A DNA stretch of 64,000 nt from Eledone cirrhosa (lineage: Eukaryota). Numbering within the stretch: the first letter of the stretch is position 1; each line of letters begins with the position of its first letter. The notes under the pieces were generated by a model. That model saw nothing but the letters and a program-made list of their open reading frames with translations. It was not told the origin of the DNA and searched no databases. The DNA lies in NCBI GenBank assembly GCA_964016885.1, contig OZ024740.1:258478001-258542000 (forward strand). The letters run 5' to 3'. This document shows, piece after piece, positions 39,221 through 53,927 of the stretch. A program made the position numbers and the translations under genes.

Positions 39221-40081
39221 ACCTTATTAATTTTAGAATATGTAATTCTGAAGCTAATATATACAGTGCTATACAGTCTATTAATATTTCTTTATCATAA
39301 TCATCGATACATTTCAGTAGAAGCTAGCCCCCCCCCCCCCGACCAAGTGCGGCCTCGCTAATCAATCTTAACCCCATTGGCTGGTAATTAGCTGTGACCA
39401 TCGGTGGGATTTAAATGCCATGGCAGCATTTGAACTCAGAAGGAAAATTGCCGGAGTAGATACCGCTCTGACAATTCCTTAAACATATTGCTCTGGAAGA
39501 AGAAGAAGAAGAAGAAGAAGAAGAAGAAGAAGAAGAAGAAGAAGAAGAAGAAGAAGAAGAAGAAGAAGAATTACTACAGCAAGAATAACATCAGCAAAAA
39601 TGAGACAAATGGAAATGGTTAAGAAAATACTATTTACTCCCACAACCTCCATTACCACCGATCACAATTATTACCACCACCACTACCTTTACCTCCAATA
39701 AGCCACCCACTCACCATTCAGATGTTTCCCTCAATCGAAAATGCGTTGATTTGTCCGTTAATTTCCGTGAGATAGATGATATCAAAAGATCACGTGAGCT
39801 GTTTATGACTGAAAGCCGTAAATAGCCGGACGAACCTCTTCGCCGGAGTACGGCTCAAAATATCGGAATAATACATGTATTGAAAGAATAGAGAAAGTGA
39901 AGTGAAAGAATAGAGAAAATATTGGTAGATAGAGAGCTATATAGTGAGGAATTGAGACATAAGTGGAGCAAAATATATATGTATGTATATATATGTGTGT
40001 GTGTGTGTTTATGTATATACATACATTAACACGTTCTCACACATGCATACATACACTATCACACACACATACACTCACACA

Positions 40082-40195
<114 letters not shown>

Positions 40196-40525
40196 GTGAA
40201 GCGAGGCATGGAAGTTGCTCCTATATATCTTATATTTGATCCAGGTTACTTTCTTCAAATTGAGCTGCAATTACAGTACGTCATAGAGTTTTATCGTAGA
40301 GGATTATAGCCAACGTTAGAATCTCAATTGGTTCAGATGCTATCTGCTGGGTATCAATCTAGACTGGAGACAATATCACAGTAAAATCTACTGATAATCT
40401 GAACACCAGCTTATAAGGCCCACGAGATTATCTGCCAATTGCTTGCTTGAAACTAAAGAGACAGACAGACCATCGCTTACTATCTTTCTCTATTTTATTC
40501 TCTCGGTTTCTCTCAATTTTCCTTT

Positions 40526-40606
<81 letters not shown>

Positions 40607-40903
40607 TCTCTTCGTCTCACTCTCTTTCTCTTCTTTCTGGTTCTCTTTCATATCCCTCTTTTTTCATATGCTCAATATTTCTCCCTTTCATTTTTGATCG
40701 CATTCTTATTCTGTTTAAGTAGTCACTGACTTACATTTTTCTCCCTCTCTCTTTCTCTCACTCTCTCTCGCCCTCTCCCTTTTTGTCTGTCTCTATCTTC
40801 CTCTCTCCATTTCTCTTTCACTTTCTCTCTTTCTCTCTCCCCCTCACTTTCTCCGATTAACTCAGTCTGTAAATATGCGTATGTATGTATACATGTATTT
40901 AAC

Positions 40904-40947
<44 letters not shown>

Positions 40948-40988
40948 TATGTATATATATATATGTGTGTGTGCATATGTATGTAATG

Positions 40989-41042
<54 letters not shown>

Positions 41043-41124
41043 TACACACACACATATATATACATATATATACATACGTATATATATACGTATGTATATA
41101 TATATGTATATATATATGTGTGTG

Positions 41125-41202
<78 letters not shown>

Positions 41203-41825
41203 AACTCATCTGTATATGTATACAATTCTATCACCATCAATTTGATGACATTTGTCTTCATTACAAAATATTCAGGTTTCGTTTCTTCCTTTCTTTTTCT
41301 TTATCTCCACCACCCCCTCTCTCGCTATCTATGTATCTCTCTATCTATTTATCTATGAATATATCTATCTCCCTTTGCTCTTTCTTCTATGTCTTTCTTC
41401 TTTCCATAACGTCTGCCATTCTCTCCATTCCTCTGTTCCTTCATTCTTCCATTCCACACGTTATCTAGCCTCTTCTCTTTTATCATTGTTTCATTCCAAC
41501 TTATCTCACGTCAATCAGTGACCGGACTAAATAATTTGGGGACCTGGTCATTCGTTCCGCTTTTATCGACTTACCGCTTTCATTGGAATCTACCACATGT
41601 ACACACACGTTACACATACACACGCAAACAAAAATACACACACACACATACACACACACATATATATATACACACATATATATATATACATACATATATA
41701 GAGAGAGAGGAAGAGAGAGTGAGAGAAATAGATATGTATGTACATATATATATATATACAAATATCTATTTGTCTATACATACACAAATGCATACAGACA
41801 CATACATATACACATACTTACATAC

Positions 41826-41856
<31 letters not shown>

Positions 41857-42279
41857 CATACATACATACATACATACATACATACATACATACATACATA
41901 CATACATACATACATACATACATACATACAATGTTATATTAGCTTTCTCCTGATCTGACTTACATCTTGCAGACGATATACATCAACGGTACCATTTCCA
42001 TCTCTCTTCTCTTCTTCCCATATATACATTAAAAATATTTTCTTCCACTCATTCACCATTCTTTCTTCTTTTCATTCTTTGATATCTTCAAAACGATAGT
42101 GGGACATGTTGGCAGAAATGGTAGCGGGTATTTCAATATAATATTCTTTACATAAGAAGAATATTTCCCATATTTAAGATTTTCGATGCCTTATTTCTAA
42201 AAAGACGTAGTTTTTGATTTTCAAACCATTTGGAAAATATAAAAGAATTTTGAAGGTTCTAGTAACATAATTTTTTCTC

Positions 42280-42381
42280 CGACGTTAACTTTGCCTTTCA
42301 TCCTAACAGGGTCGATAAAATAAGGTACCAGTAATGCACTGAGATAATTGCTGGCCTTGTGTCAAAAGGAGAAACAATTAT
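42280..42381 (+). mobile_element. SINE 3' half (26038 family)
   Basis: GTTAACTTTGCCTTTCATCC...GAAACAATTA. Confidence 0.8.
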
Positions 42382-43324
42382 TATTCCTTTTATTAACTTA
42401 TCCAATCCAGACACATTTGAATACAACCAAGAATTTGTATGGATCTAGTAATATAACTGCAGATCAACTTTGTCTTTCATCTTTCATCCATTCCAGGTCG
42501 ATAAAAAGGTACCAGTCTAGTACTGGGGGTCGCTGTTCTCTCACTCTCTATCCTTCTCTTGAAGAAATCTGCTGTTTTCAGACCTGGAAAGAAAATGGGC
42601 TCCGCCAGGTTTCAAAATGCCATAAGAAATGCGGTATGTTAATACAGCGCCGCTACGACTCCTTCAGGAGTTATGGGACCATGCATGCAGTAATATATCT
42701 AACTTCTTCGTTATTAAGCTAGTATTTGGAAAAAAACAAATAGTCTGGCATAAATTATAATAGAAGATTTTTGAATAAATTTATGCATTCTTAAACAAAA
42801 ACCTGTGTCTTATAGAACCAGGAATGGTCCTATTAGATAAAGTGCTGCCAAAAGGATTAAATATTTCGTTAGAGGATTATGTTCTCTGGGACACTATGCG
42901 TTAAATTTATAAACTTCAAGTTTATAAATATCTAATATCCTCAAGTTTTACTTTTAAAATATTTCAATAAATTGTTCAATGTATGTATGCATGTATGTAT
43001 TGTTTTTGTTTGTGACGTCTGAACGTCCACTTCCAATTGATTTACCCTCCGCCTCTGGGTCCCGGCCGACAGGATGGAGAATACATTGCCGCATTCACCG
43101 GTCAACTAGTCGACAGAAAAGTTTTAGCCAGTCCACGGTTACAATAAATTGGAGGAACACTGATCTAGAACACAACGCGCCACTGGGAATCAAACTGAAG
43201 AGCTTAGGTTCGGGAGCTAAACACTCTAACCATTTGAAAGTATTACGTTAAACTGGGAGAGCGGTGAGCCAAAACGAATACCGCCAAACACCCTACCCCA
43301 CGTTCTAACTAGTCTTTCAAATTT

Positions 43325-43700
43325 CTTTTTAAATTTCCGCGGACGCACGCGCCAACAGCCACCCTACTTTGCGGGGCTTCTTCCTGAGACGGGCTACTGA
43401 TGTTCCGATTTTGCGGAGGATCTCGGCTGTCCGGGATCCGAAGGCGACTGAGGTCTCCACGGCAATCGGTGTAAGGAGGAAGCGACCAGACTTGCCCCAC
43501 TATTTGCTCGTCTTCATGTCCGCTGCATTGCGGGCCACGTTACCGGGGTTTGTGGCTGAGGCGACTACTTTGGAGATGAAGAACATGTCCCAGCACATCC
43601 CGTTCCACAGGAGGAATTTACCTTCTTCGAAAGGGAAGAGTGTAGAATTTGTATTTCTCGGACCGAAAGAAACAGTTTAATTCCAGTAAAGACTCACATG
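43325..43700 (-). mobile_element. Second CRE-like RLE fragment (no matching ORF in the track)
   Basis: Manual minus-strand translation TLFPFEEGKFLLW...SATNPGNVARNAADMK..K*...RFLLTPIAVETS...ILRKIG, parallel to 1462-1978. Confidence 0.7.
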
Positions 43701-44373
43701 CATTTTATCGGAACTACGTTCATTAAGTCAGTGGTCGTAGAAGAATGCCATGTTAAATAGGAATAGCCACCGGAGGTTTTGTACTTCTTAGTAACAGAAC
43801 GAGCAAAGGGGAGAGCCTCGTATTTCATTGATTGATTCGTAATAATATCCGTTGGCTTCTAAATATATATGCATGTATACATACATACAAATATACAAAC
43901 ATACATACATACATACTTACGTACGTACGTACGTACGTACATACATACATATATACATATATACATACATACTATTTATAAAATATACACAACTCAGACG
44001 CGTAGAAACATTAACATTAACGGAACAATTTCAAGGTAATTTGCCAAGAGAACCATCTTGGAAAATTGGTTAGTTATCTTTTGAGGATATCTTCGATAAC
44101 TGTTGCTAATATCTGAATCATTACTGATACATCATTTATATATAATAAGATCGACAAACGACAAAGCTATGATTCATGGTAGCCATCTTCATCGGGAATA
44201 GAAAATCGTGTATGTGATAGGCAACAGATGATTACTGATTGCATATAACTAAATAACAATACATAGGCATACATATTTACATACACACATTCATAGACAC
44301 TGACACACTCACACAAGGACATACAAACACGTGCTATCAGAACCATATTTGTGTGAGTCTCTGTGTGAGTTTA

Positions 44374-44466
<93 letters not shown>

Positions 44467-44667
44467 GTATATATATATATGTATATATATATATGTATAT
44501 ATATATATATACATATATGTGTGTATGTGTGTGTCTAGAGAGAGAGACATACATATGTAAAGACATACATTGGTATATATCTACGCACACACACAGTTAT
44601 AAAGAAATTCATAAATAGATACAAACATACATACTACATGTAACCATTCAAGTTTGTATGCATATAT

Positions 44668-44721
<54 letters not shown>

Positions 44722-45286
44722 GCATATATTCGTTCATACATACATATAAAGATAAATAAATGCATGCATGCATAAATACATAGCTGCATACATGCATACG
44801 CACATGTATACATGAATACATACATGCATGCATACATACATAAATGCATACATGCATACATGCATACATACATACATACATGAATACATGCATAAATCCA
44901 TACATACATGCATGCATGCATACATACATACATGTAAAAAATATGTAAAACATTCCAAAAATTTTGCATCTAATAACTGTATATACACATGTACAGATAC
45001 AAAGCATATACACATGCACACATACAACTCAAAACATACACATTCACACATACAACAACATCCATATCTACACATGCATGCATGCATACATACATATCTA
45101 CCTAGTTGATGTTGTGTAAATTCCAATGAGAGAGTATTGTGTCTATGTTAGAAACCGACTCTCTCTCTATTGGTAAAACTTTGTGAAATTATAAAACCAG
45201 AAGAACATACAAACATACATACATACATACATGCATACATACATACATACATACATACATACATACATACATACATACATACATAC

Positions 45287-45882
45287 ATGGTGGCTGCCAA
45301 CTCGTTTTCGAGTACGGCCACTACTTTATATCCATGTAGGAGAACCCCTACCGATGCGCTGAACGAGTGTGACTTTTTAGTCCAGCCAGCGACTTGAAAA
45401 CTCTGGTACAAACACTACACCTGTGACAATTATGGACACATAGTGCTGGGACCATGGTATCATGTGACGACAAGTGCAGAGAGATCTGCAGATATAAAGC
45501 ACTGCCTGTGCCGTGAAGCTTTTATAGTGAGCAAAGGCACTGCACAAAGCCAGTCCCACTCTCTTAACCAAGATGATATTTACCAAAAAGAAGAACAAGT
45601 CAACATCATTGGATACCATCAGGGTTGCAGGTGTTATATCAGAGTTTTCCTTCTCCTAGAATTCTGCCTTGACAAAGGGTAAGGGGTCATCTCTCCCGGT
45701 GATTTTGGATGGCCATTGACTCTTAAGAGCTCCTTTGCCCTTTGACAGGTTTTGTTTTTAGACCTGCAGGATGTCCAAAGTCACCCTCCTCACCAAGAAA
45801 CCTTGGTGGGGTTGCCAGTTTAGTCGCCAACGACCCGACAATGAGACAGGTTATACTAGGATACATGTTACCAGTATCCTAG
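45287..45882 (-). mobile_element. Non-autonomous RTE derivative (5' UTR plus 3' end) with (ATGT)n tail
   Basis: 5' part matches 33660-33830; 3' end matches 33570-33612. Confidence 0.75.
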
Positions 45883-45973
45883 TACATACATACATACATA
45901 CATACATACATACATACATACATACATACATACATACATACATACATACATACATACATACATACATACATAC

Positions 45974-48272
45974 ACAGGCCCAACCTCATTACAGAATACT
46001 GGTTGAAGAATTTCACTTTCTATCGGCAAGATCTCATACGGCTGTTTACAGAAACCATTAAAGGCACACAAGACTGCCCAGATGGTTATCAACTGCCACT
46101 ACTCTCCTCATTCCCCAAAATAGCCAAACCACTCTTGCTAAAAATGACCGCCCAATAGCCTGCCAAAACATCATGTATAAATTATATACTGGGTGCCTTA
46201 ACCTGTTCTTACAGGATCACTGTGCTACCAACAACATCATAACACCTGAGCAAGCTGGTGGAAAGAGGGAGGTGTGGGATTGCATAGATCACCTACTAAC
46301 TAATAAAATGATTCAAGAAAAAACCACAAAGAATCGCAGAAACATGACTGTCGTGTGGCTGGACTATCAAAAAGGATTTGATAGTGTACTTCATGGGTGG
46401 ATTGTTAAGGCAGTTAGCCAAAGTCCTACAACCACTGTTACCTGCTGTTGAACGTCTGACAAAGAACTGGTACACAAATTTGATCCTTAGAGGTGAGAAG
46501 GAGCAAGTTAAGACTAATAAGATACATTACCAGAAGAGCATCTTTCAGGGTGATAGCTTGTCAGTGCTACTCTTCGTTCTCTCACTAAATCCACTATCTT
46601 ACCTACTCAAGAAACAAGGTGGACAAAGAAGTGGGTGCAGAAGTATTTCCCATATTTTCTTTGCTGATGACCTGAAGTTGTATGGGCCAAATATCAATGA
46701 CATTAAGAAACAATTGGACCTCATTACACAATTTTCAACAGACATCAAAATGAAATTTGGTGAGTCCAAGTGTGCATATTTGGCAGTAAAACGTGGAAGA
46801 GCTGTGCCCTCCTCTAGAAATCTAGATATGAACGGCCTGATAATACACAACTTCTTCAGTCAGATGACAACTACAGATATCTTGGACAGGATGAGAATGT
46901 CAGATATGATGGACCCATAAATAAGGAGAGAACCAGAACTGAATACCTCAGAAGAATAAAGAAAATATGGTCATCAGAATTATCAGCGTACAACAAATAC
47001 ATTGCCCACAATACTTATGCTGTGCCAATTCTAACGCCAACATTTGGCTTGCTGATCTGGTCATTGCAAGAACTAAGTGAGATGGATGTTAGAACTCGCA
47101 AACTTCTCAGTGTTACTGGGAACTTTAACATCAATGGTGATGTGGATAGGCTATACTTCTCACGCAAGAAAGGTGGCCGGGGGTCTAAAATCCATATTAA
47201 CATCATATGAGACCCGGATAGTAACACTGAAGCAACATCTTCAACAGAGGAAAAAGGTTGGCAACCATTTTCCCAGGTTTATGAGCATGAAAAAACAATA
47301 TCATTAGAATAGCCACTGATCTGGAGGAGAGATATGGAATAAAGCCTGATATAAATCTCTCACCCAGAGAAATCGGAAGATCCTATTCAATGTTCAAACA
47401 AGATTAAAAAATTGACCAATTTACAGAAAAAGTTGTGCATGGATACTTGAGACGTAAAACACAGACCATAGAGGGGATAAACCACTCAAAAAGCCTGGCA
47501 TGGAGTTCCGACAAGTTTATGACATCACACCTTGAGGGATATCTCTGTGCAATACAGGAACAAGAACTCTCTACCAAATATCTGCTGCACAAAAAGGGAG
47601 GGCCATCAGCTGACAATAAATGTAGGCTATGTAAAACAAAGATCGAGGATGTAAGCCACATTGTTGCCAGCTGCGAAACAATGTCATCTCGCTACTACCT
47701 CCCCATGAGATACGATGGGATAGCTAGAACCATCTGGAACGCACTTCGGAAAACAAAATTAACAACAAACGAGGAAGAATATATTGAGACAGATGACACT
47801 AAGGAATACTGGTGGAACCTGAAAATAAAAACTGCCACCAAATTAAAGCACAACCGGTCTGATATTGTTGTTTGGGACCACACATTGAAAACGTGTTCTG
47901 TTGTGGAGATCAGCTGCCCACTTGATGTAAACGTTGTCAGAAAAATACAGGAGAAGGAGGACATCTACGGACCATTGATGAGGAGTTTACAAATCCAGTA
48001 TCCAAGATACACCTTTAGCTTCATACCCATCATTATTGGAGCTACGGGTTATATACCAACCCACTTGGACCAAAGTATGACTGAACTTGGATTTGCGGAC
48101 AAAGAGCGCAGCTCCCTTATTCATAGTCTACAATTGGCTGCGATAGCTGGCACCTTCAAAATTTGCTAAACATTCTTGCGATTCAAGGGATGACAATTTC
48201 TTTTCTTTTACAACCTTGCCACCAGGAAGGTGGCCGGTCAGAAAAATATACTCGAAATTAAGAGAAAGAGAT
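45974..48272 (+). mobile_element. R4/Dong-like RLE retrotransposon (RT, zinc knuckle, RLE), 5'-truncated
   Basis: WLDYQKGFDS, IFQGDSLS, FADDLK, RKKGGRG, CRLCKTKIEDVSHIVASC, HNRSDIVVWD, PIIIGATG. Confidence 0.9.
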
Positions 48273-49204
48273 AACATACATACATGTTGGCAGCTACCCT
48301 GTGGTTGTGTATAGCCATCAAATGATATTAGTTTCAGTCCTGTGAGTGCTGTGAACACATACGGCTTTTTACGCCTGCAAGTGACGCACAGAGTTTGCAT
48401 GTTTGCAACACTATCGATATAGCATTATTGACCTTTTGAGGCTCATTATGCACTTTGGTGTGCATTTTAGTCCGCTAGCAGACCTGCATTTTTTGCGGCA
48501 GGAACTGCTCATGTATATTGTTTTTCCGGTCAAGGTAATTTGGTAATCAGGACTGCGAAGATGACTTTTCTTACCAGTTGGTACTCATTTTTAACTGAGT
48601 ATAATGGAGCAACACACAGCCCAGTCCAGGAAACGAACCCTCGGCATTATGATTGTAAGTCTAATGTACTTTCCACATCCTCCACATGAACTGGAGAAAC
48701 ATAAAATTAAATTGTCTTCACCATCCACCGAGGGGAATTGAACTCAAGACCTTGCGACCGTTTGCCAAATATCTTAACAACTAAGCCACGCGACATATAT
48801 ACAGACACATATAGTCAACCACACATCATTTCAGTATATGAAGTGTTTCTGCCTGAAGGTTAGCTTTTAAAATAAAGGAGAAAAATAGTAAAAAAAATAT
48901 TTTTCGTTACGAAAACATTTTTTTTTTCATCGGTAGCAAGGTTATCAATATTTTAATAGTATATAAACATATAGTATATGCTTTGATATGCATCTGTATT
49001 TTGTGTGAATATATTTGTATATAGTGTGGGTGTGTATATAACAACCAATCTTAACGAATGACATAAATGCTGTTGTGAATTCAAAATTGTTCTCATACAA
49101 CGGCCTCTTCTGGTGTGTAGTGTCCATATGTACATGTATGCACAACCTTATGTGTGATAACATAGGCATGTATTCATATAAGAAAATATGAATTAATACA
49201 ATTA

Positions 49205-49411
49205 TAGGAATCTCTAATACGGAAGTAGCTGAAAAACAACCGGCTGTTATTGTGCATAGAAATAGTCGAGTTAAAATATAATCTCGTATTGAACGCGAGA
49301 ACGGTCAGAGAAGTTCTTCCGCTCAATATGAGGTTATATTTTAAGCTGACTTATTACTGTGCACAACAGCAGCCGGCTGTTTTACAGCTACTTCCGCCTT
49401 TGAGATTCCTA
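49205..49411. repeat. Imperfect hairpin with ~100-bp arms
   Basis: TAGGAATCTC...CGGAAGTAGCTG pairs with CAGCTACTTCCG...GAGATTCCTA. Confidence 0.88.
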
Positions 49412-49520
49412 CAACTTTATGAAACTTCTTATACACTCATCACGCCAATCATTTTCAATCTGGTTTATATGAATTTATGCATTTATTAATGTATTTATGT
49501 ACATTTATTGCAATGTAATG

Positions 49521-49568
49521 ACTTCTGAAGATTTTTCACGAAGGAAACAGTTCTAGTCCTGTAGAAAT
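49521..49568 (+). ncRNA. Type I hammerhead (13193 family)
   Basis: CTGAAGA-weak stem II-GAAAC-AG-TTCTAGTC-CTGTA-GAA, then (TA)n. Confidence 0.6.
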
Positions 49569-49754
49569 GATATATATATATATATTTCAGAAGATCCCAT
49601 AATAGGGTAAAAGCAGTGATTCATGGCTTAAACTTTAATCTATACTAATAACACATATATTTGTTCCACGTGTTTTATATATGTGTATATATATATAATC
49701 CTTATATATAATCATTATCTTCGGATTTTGGTCTCTTATTATCATTATTACAAG

Positions 49755-50138
49755 GGCGGTGGATTGGTAGTATCGGTAGACGGTCGGACGCCATGCTTTT
49801 GAAGCATAGAGTTACCTCCCTTTATGATCTGAGTTCAAATCCCGCCGAGGTTAACTTTGTCTTTCATCCTTACGTGATCGATAAAATAAAGTACCAGTAA
49901 TGCACTTGGTTAATTGCTGGCCTTGTGCCCAAAGTAGAAACAATCAGGGCGGTGGATTGGCAGTATCGGCAGAGTGTCAGACACCATGCTTTGCAACATA
50001 GAGTTAAGACCCTTTACGTTCTGAGGTCAAATCCCGCCGAAGTTAGCTTTGCCTTTCATCCTTACGTGATAGATAAAATAAAGCACCAGTAATGCACTGG
50101 GGAAATTGCTGGTCTTGTGTCAAAAGTAGAAACAATTA
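49755..50138 (+). mobile_element. Head-to-tail SINE dimer (26038 family)
   Basis: Copies at 49755-49944 and 49948-50138. Confidence 0.9.
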
Positions 50139-50767
50139 TTATTACTATATATATATATATTTATATATATATATGAGTGTGTGTGCGTGTGTGTGTTTTT
50201 TAATTCTTTCATGCATTTAAATATGTATGTTCTATATGAAGACAGGATTAGTTTCTAATTAAGAAACAAAGCTCCATCTTAGTAATTAAGGTATTATATT
50301 AAGAAAAACAGCAGGATCCCATCAGAAATGTTAGAGAAAGTCTGGTGTATTTTCATTGATCCACTCACAAAGTAAATTTACACATTGGAAGTTAGAATGT
50401 CTCTCTCATTCTCTGAAAATGTCAGCTTTATTTGCCAGTTGATACTGTTGGTGTTGTTGTTGTTGTTTTAGTCTATGGGTCTCCGTCGATTCTGTTTAAT
50501 CAACAGAACACATTTCATGAAATTAACGAACAAGTGGCCGAGCATCTCACAGACACGAGAAGTCGGTATTGAAACGGCTCTTCCACTATAAAGTGGTGGC
50601 CATAACTGGGCACCGAAACGTAAGGTCGTGCATACATGTTAAGTGTATGAAACTTTAGAGAGAGAGAGAGAGGGGGTGGAGAGAGAAAGAGATAGATAGG
50701 TAGATAGATAAAGTGATCTATAGAATGAAAGAGAGAGAGAGAGATGGGAGAGAGAGAAAGAGAGAGA

Positions 50768-50833
<66 letters not shown>

Positions 50834-51049
50834 AAATAAAGCGAAGAGGTGATGGAGAAGTGCAAGAATAGTCAACCAGGATGTCACGGAATTTGTGGCG
50901 AAAGAGATCTGACATTTAAATATGACAATTAAATAACCATCCTTTTATCAAACTACTATTAGTTAGTGGTAAAGTCTGTCCCGATCCCGGTGACACATCA
51001 AAACAGTGCGTATCTCAGTTTTAGTGGCGTGAAATTACTAAGAGTACAA

Positions 51050-51247
51050 AACGCCCCCTTAGACAGGACCCCAGTCTAACACAGGGTTAAACCCCAACTA
51101 TTGTTGGTATTTATTTTCAGTTGAGTATACTGGATAACGTGAAATGATGTGTTTTGGTCAAGAACACAACAAACAACCTAGTCCAGAAATCGAACCCACG
51201 ACGTTATGATCGTTAGCTCAACACACTTTACACTCGGCTACGTGCCA
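51050..51247 (-). mobile_element. tRNA-derived SINE
   Basis: Reverse-complemented B box (AATCGAACCC) and a CORE/V-like body. Confidence 0.65.
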
Positions 51248-51759
51248 CCACTTATTTGTTAATTAGTTACCTAACTAATAATAAAACAGAAATAAAATAT
51301 CATCTGGTATATTTATTGGCAGTATGATCCTAATGAATTATAAAACCTATTTGTTTCAACGCATGTTTCTTGTAAAACAAATGCATGCATGGTCTGAATG
51401 CAGGATATTTCTTCCAGAGAAGGATAAAGAGAGTGAAAGAATGAAAGTTAGAAAGAGATATAAAGGCGGAATCGACCCCAGTACTAGACTGGTACTTTTT
51501 TTTATCAACCTCGAATGGATGAAAGACAAAGGTACTTCGGCGTAAAACAAATACTTAAACGATATTTATTTTTGTTTTAATATTTACTTAAAAAGCTTCC
51601 ATCATAATTTTTTTGTAAAAGCCTTTGTGGTTGTGTTCAAAATAACGGCTTAATAATGCCTGTGTGAAATACATTGCTAAATCCCTCCGAATTCTTGATT
51701 ATTTTCAAAATTATTTTAAGTATTAATAATGTAGAAATAAAAGTGTTCCTATTTAACTA

Positions 51760-51905
51760 AATCTTCTTCTTCTTCTTCTTCTTGTCCGCTTATTTCTCAG
51801 AAGGTCATAGGAGCAGAGTCCTCAAACATTACTTCCAAGGGGCCCTGTCAGATTAAAACTGATCCGATGAAATACCCAAGTGAGAGAAGCCGAACTCATG
51901 GATGT
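51760..51905 (-). mobile_element. RTE 3' terminus with (GAA)n tail
   Basis: Similar to 16505-16590. Confidence 0.55.
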
Positions 51906-51949
51906 TAGTCATTTCAGAAATAGTAGTAATGTCAGTATGGGAGAAGTGG

Positions 51950-52115
51950 ATTATATCGAACCCAATATTTTAATGGTACTTAATTTTACCGACTTTGGAA
52001 TGGTGAAAGGTAAAGTTGACCTCGGTGGAATTTGAAATCAGAAGGTAAAGCATCGAAACTCACACCGCAAAAGCATTTTATCCGACGCTCTATCAATTCC
52101 ACCAATCCACCACCG
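51950..52115 (-). mobile_element. SINE related to the 26038 family
   Basis: GAAAGGTAAAGTTGACCTCGGTGGAATTTGAA...CCAATCCACC. Confidence 0.75.
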
Positions 52116-52528
52116 TAAAAATGCTCGGAAGTTAATTTTAAATATTCTGAAAGGAAAAGTAAAATATCTCCAACTAAACAAAGAGTTAAGTGAGAGTTGA
52201 AACAAAGAATTTTCAGTAATAAATGTGAAATAGTTAAATTAAATTATTGTTTTAAGCCCGTTTTGTTTTTGTTCAATATGATTCAATTATGGGAATATTT
52301 TAAAATGTCCTCATTCTTGAAAATTGTAACGTGATAAATGTGTAGATGGTGTTATTTTCTTTCCTTCTCGACAAATGGTAGCATGGCTTTCAATACAAGA
52401 TATGATTTTTCCCACTACTTCCTTCTCTCGCTCAACTAATCTATCTATCTATCTATCAAAGTATATATATATAAACATGCAAAATAGTGAACAATGTATG
52501 CATGCGTCCATGAATTTATGCATGCGTT

Positions 52529-52629
<101 letters not shown>

Positions 52630-53021
52630 AATAAATACAAAGGCCAAAATTCGAAGAAGACTTGATAAGGACTGTATATAAATATATAAATATGTATAAA
52701 TCGTAGAGCAATATTTGATTATTAGTACAGATTAAAAATTTAAGCAGTAATTATCTGCTGATAGTGAAATCAGAAATTCACGCCTTAAACTTTAATATGA
52801 ACTAATATGTACTAATAATTTATATATATTTATTTTGCAAGGGTTTTGATAAGAAATCGTATGTTGAAATATCATTATATTCTGGGAGAGTCATGCTGTT
52901 ATAATATTGCCAGAAATATATATTAAAACAGACTTGCTGTTTGGTTTGGGTTGGTTTTCGCTTCAGTATATTTTATAGTTCTATAATTAATTCAGCTGGC
53001 AATCAATATTTCCTTCTCAGG

Positions 53022-53072
53022 AAAGCCTTGATAATTTCCTTCAAATGAAACAGTTCTGATCCTGTAGAAGCC
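53022..53072 (+). ncRNA. Hammerhead-like motif (13193 family) with TTGATAA core
   Basis: TTGATAA-stem II-GAAAC-AG-TTCTGATC-CTGTA-GAAGCC; stem I poor. Confidence 0.45.
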
Positions 53073-53244
53073 ATTTCTATATTAAATATTGTATATACTC
53101 TACTATGTATTGAGTACCTTACTTAGTGTGGTTATCCCCGATTGAAGCCGGGACTCACGCACACACAGACACACACACACACATATATATATATATGTAT
53201 CTGTGTGTGTATGAAGAGGGAGAGGGAGCAAAAGAGAGATAGAA

Positions 53245-53297
<53 letters not shown>

Positions 53298-53599
53298 CAT
53301 AGACACAGATAGATAGATACATTATATGAGAGCATGCTAGTCGAATGGTTACAAGGTTCACTCCGCAATCATTTGGTTTAAGTGGAAACACATTGGAAAT
53401 CCGTTGACTGGATTGTCATTAATTGAAACGACCACACACGTTGAATCTCGCTAAGAGTTACTTTATAGGCATACGTGTCTGTGGAATGCTCCGCCATTTA
53501 TATGATGATTCTACGATCAACCTGTATTGTTGTTCAAACAATTAAAATGCTCATCATCGATACTGCCAGAGACTCATTCCATATATATATATATATATA

Positions 53600-53927
53600 C
53601 AGTGTATCCCCGACAATCGTGATCCTGGTTATTCGCGCAATTTTCCTTAGAACCTAACTAATAATTGTTTGTGGAAACCACCTCATATTCGCGGAATCCT
53701 AAATATCTTCCTCGAGTTTTAATGGCTTTTTTCGTGCCAATATATATTTTTTTAACGCTAGATTAACAATATATAGCATTTGCCGGCTTACTGGACGCCG
53801 ATTCGCATATTTTACGTTACACTTTGACGTTTATAGGCATTTTATGGACCACGTCCAATATTCGTGGCTTTTAACTCTTCGCAGGCGCTCTAGGAATATA
53901 TCCACCGCGAATACCGGGGGACAACTG
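53600..53927. mobile_element. pogo/Tigger-like MITE
   Basis: TA|CAGTGTATCCCCG...CGGGGGACAACTG|TA: imperfect TIRs and TA target duplication. Confidence 0.75.

Noticed and set aside
40875-45126. Many YIYI, CVCV and HTHT ORFs here and throughout the window
   Set aside because: Translations of microsatellites.
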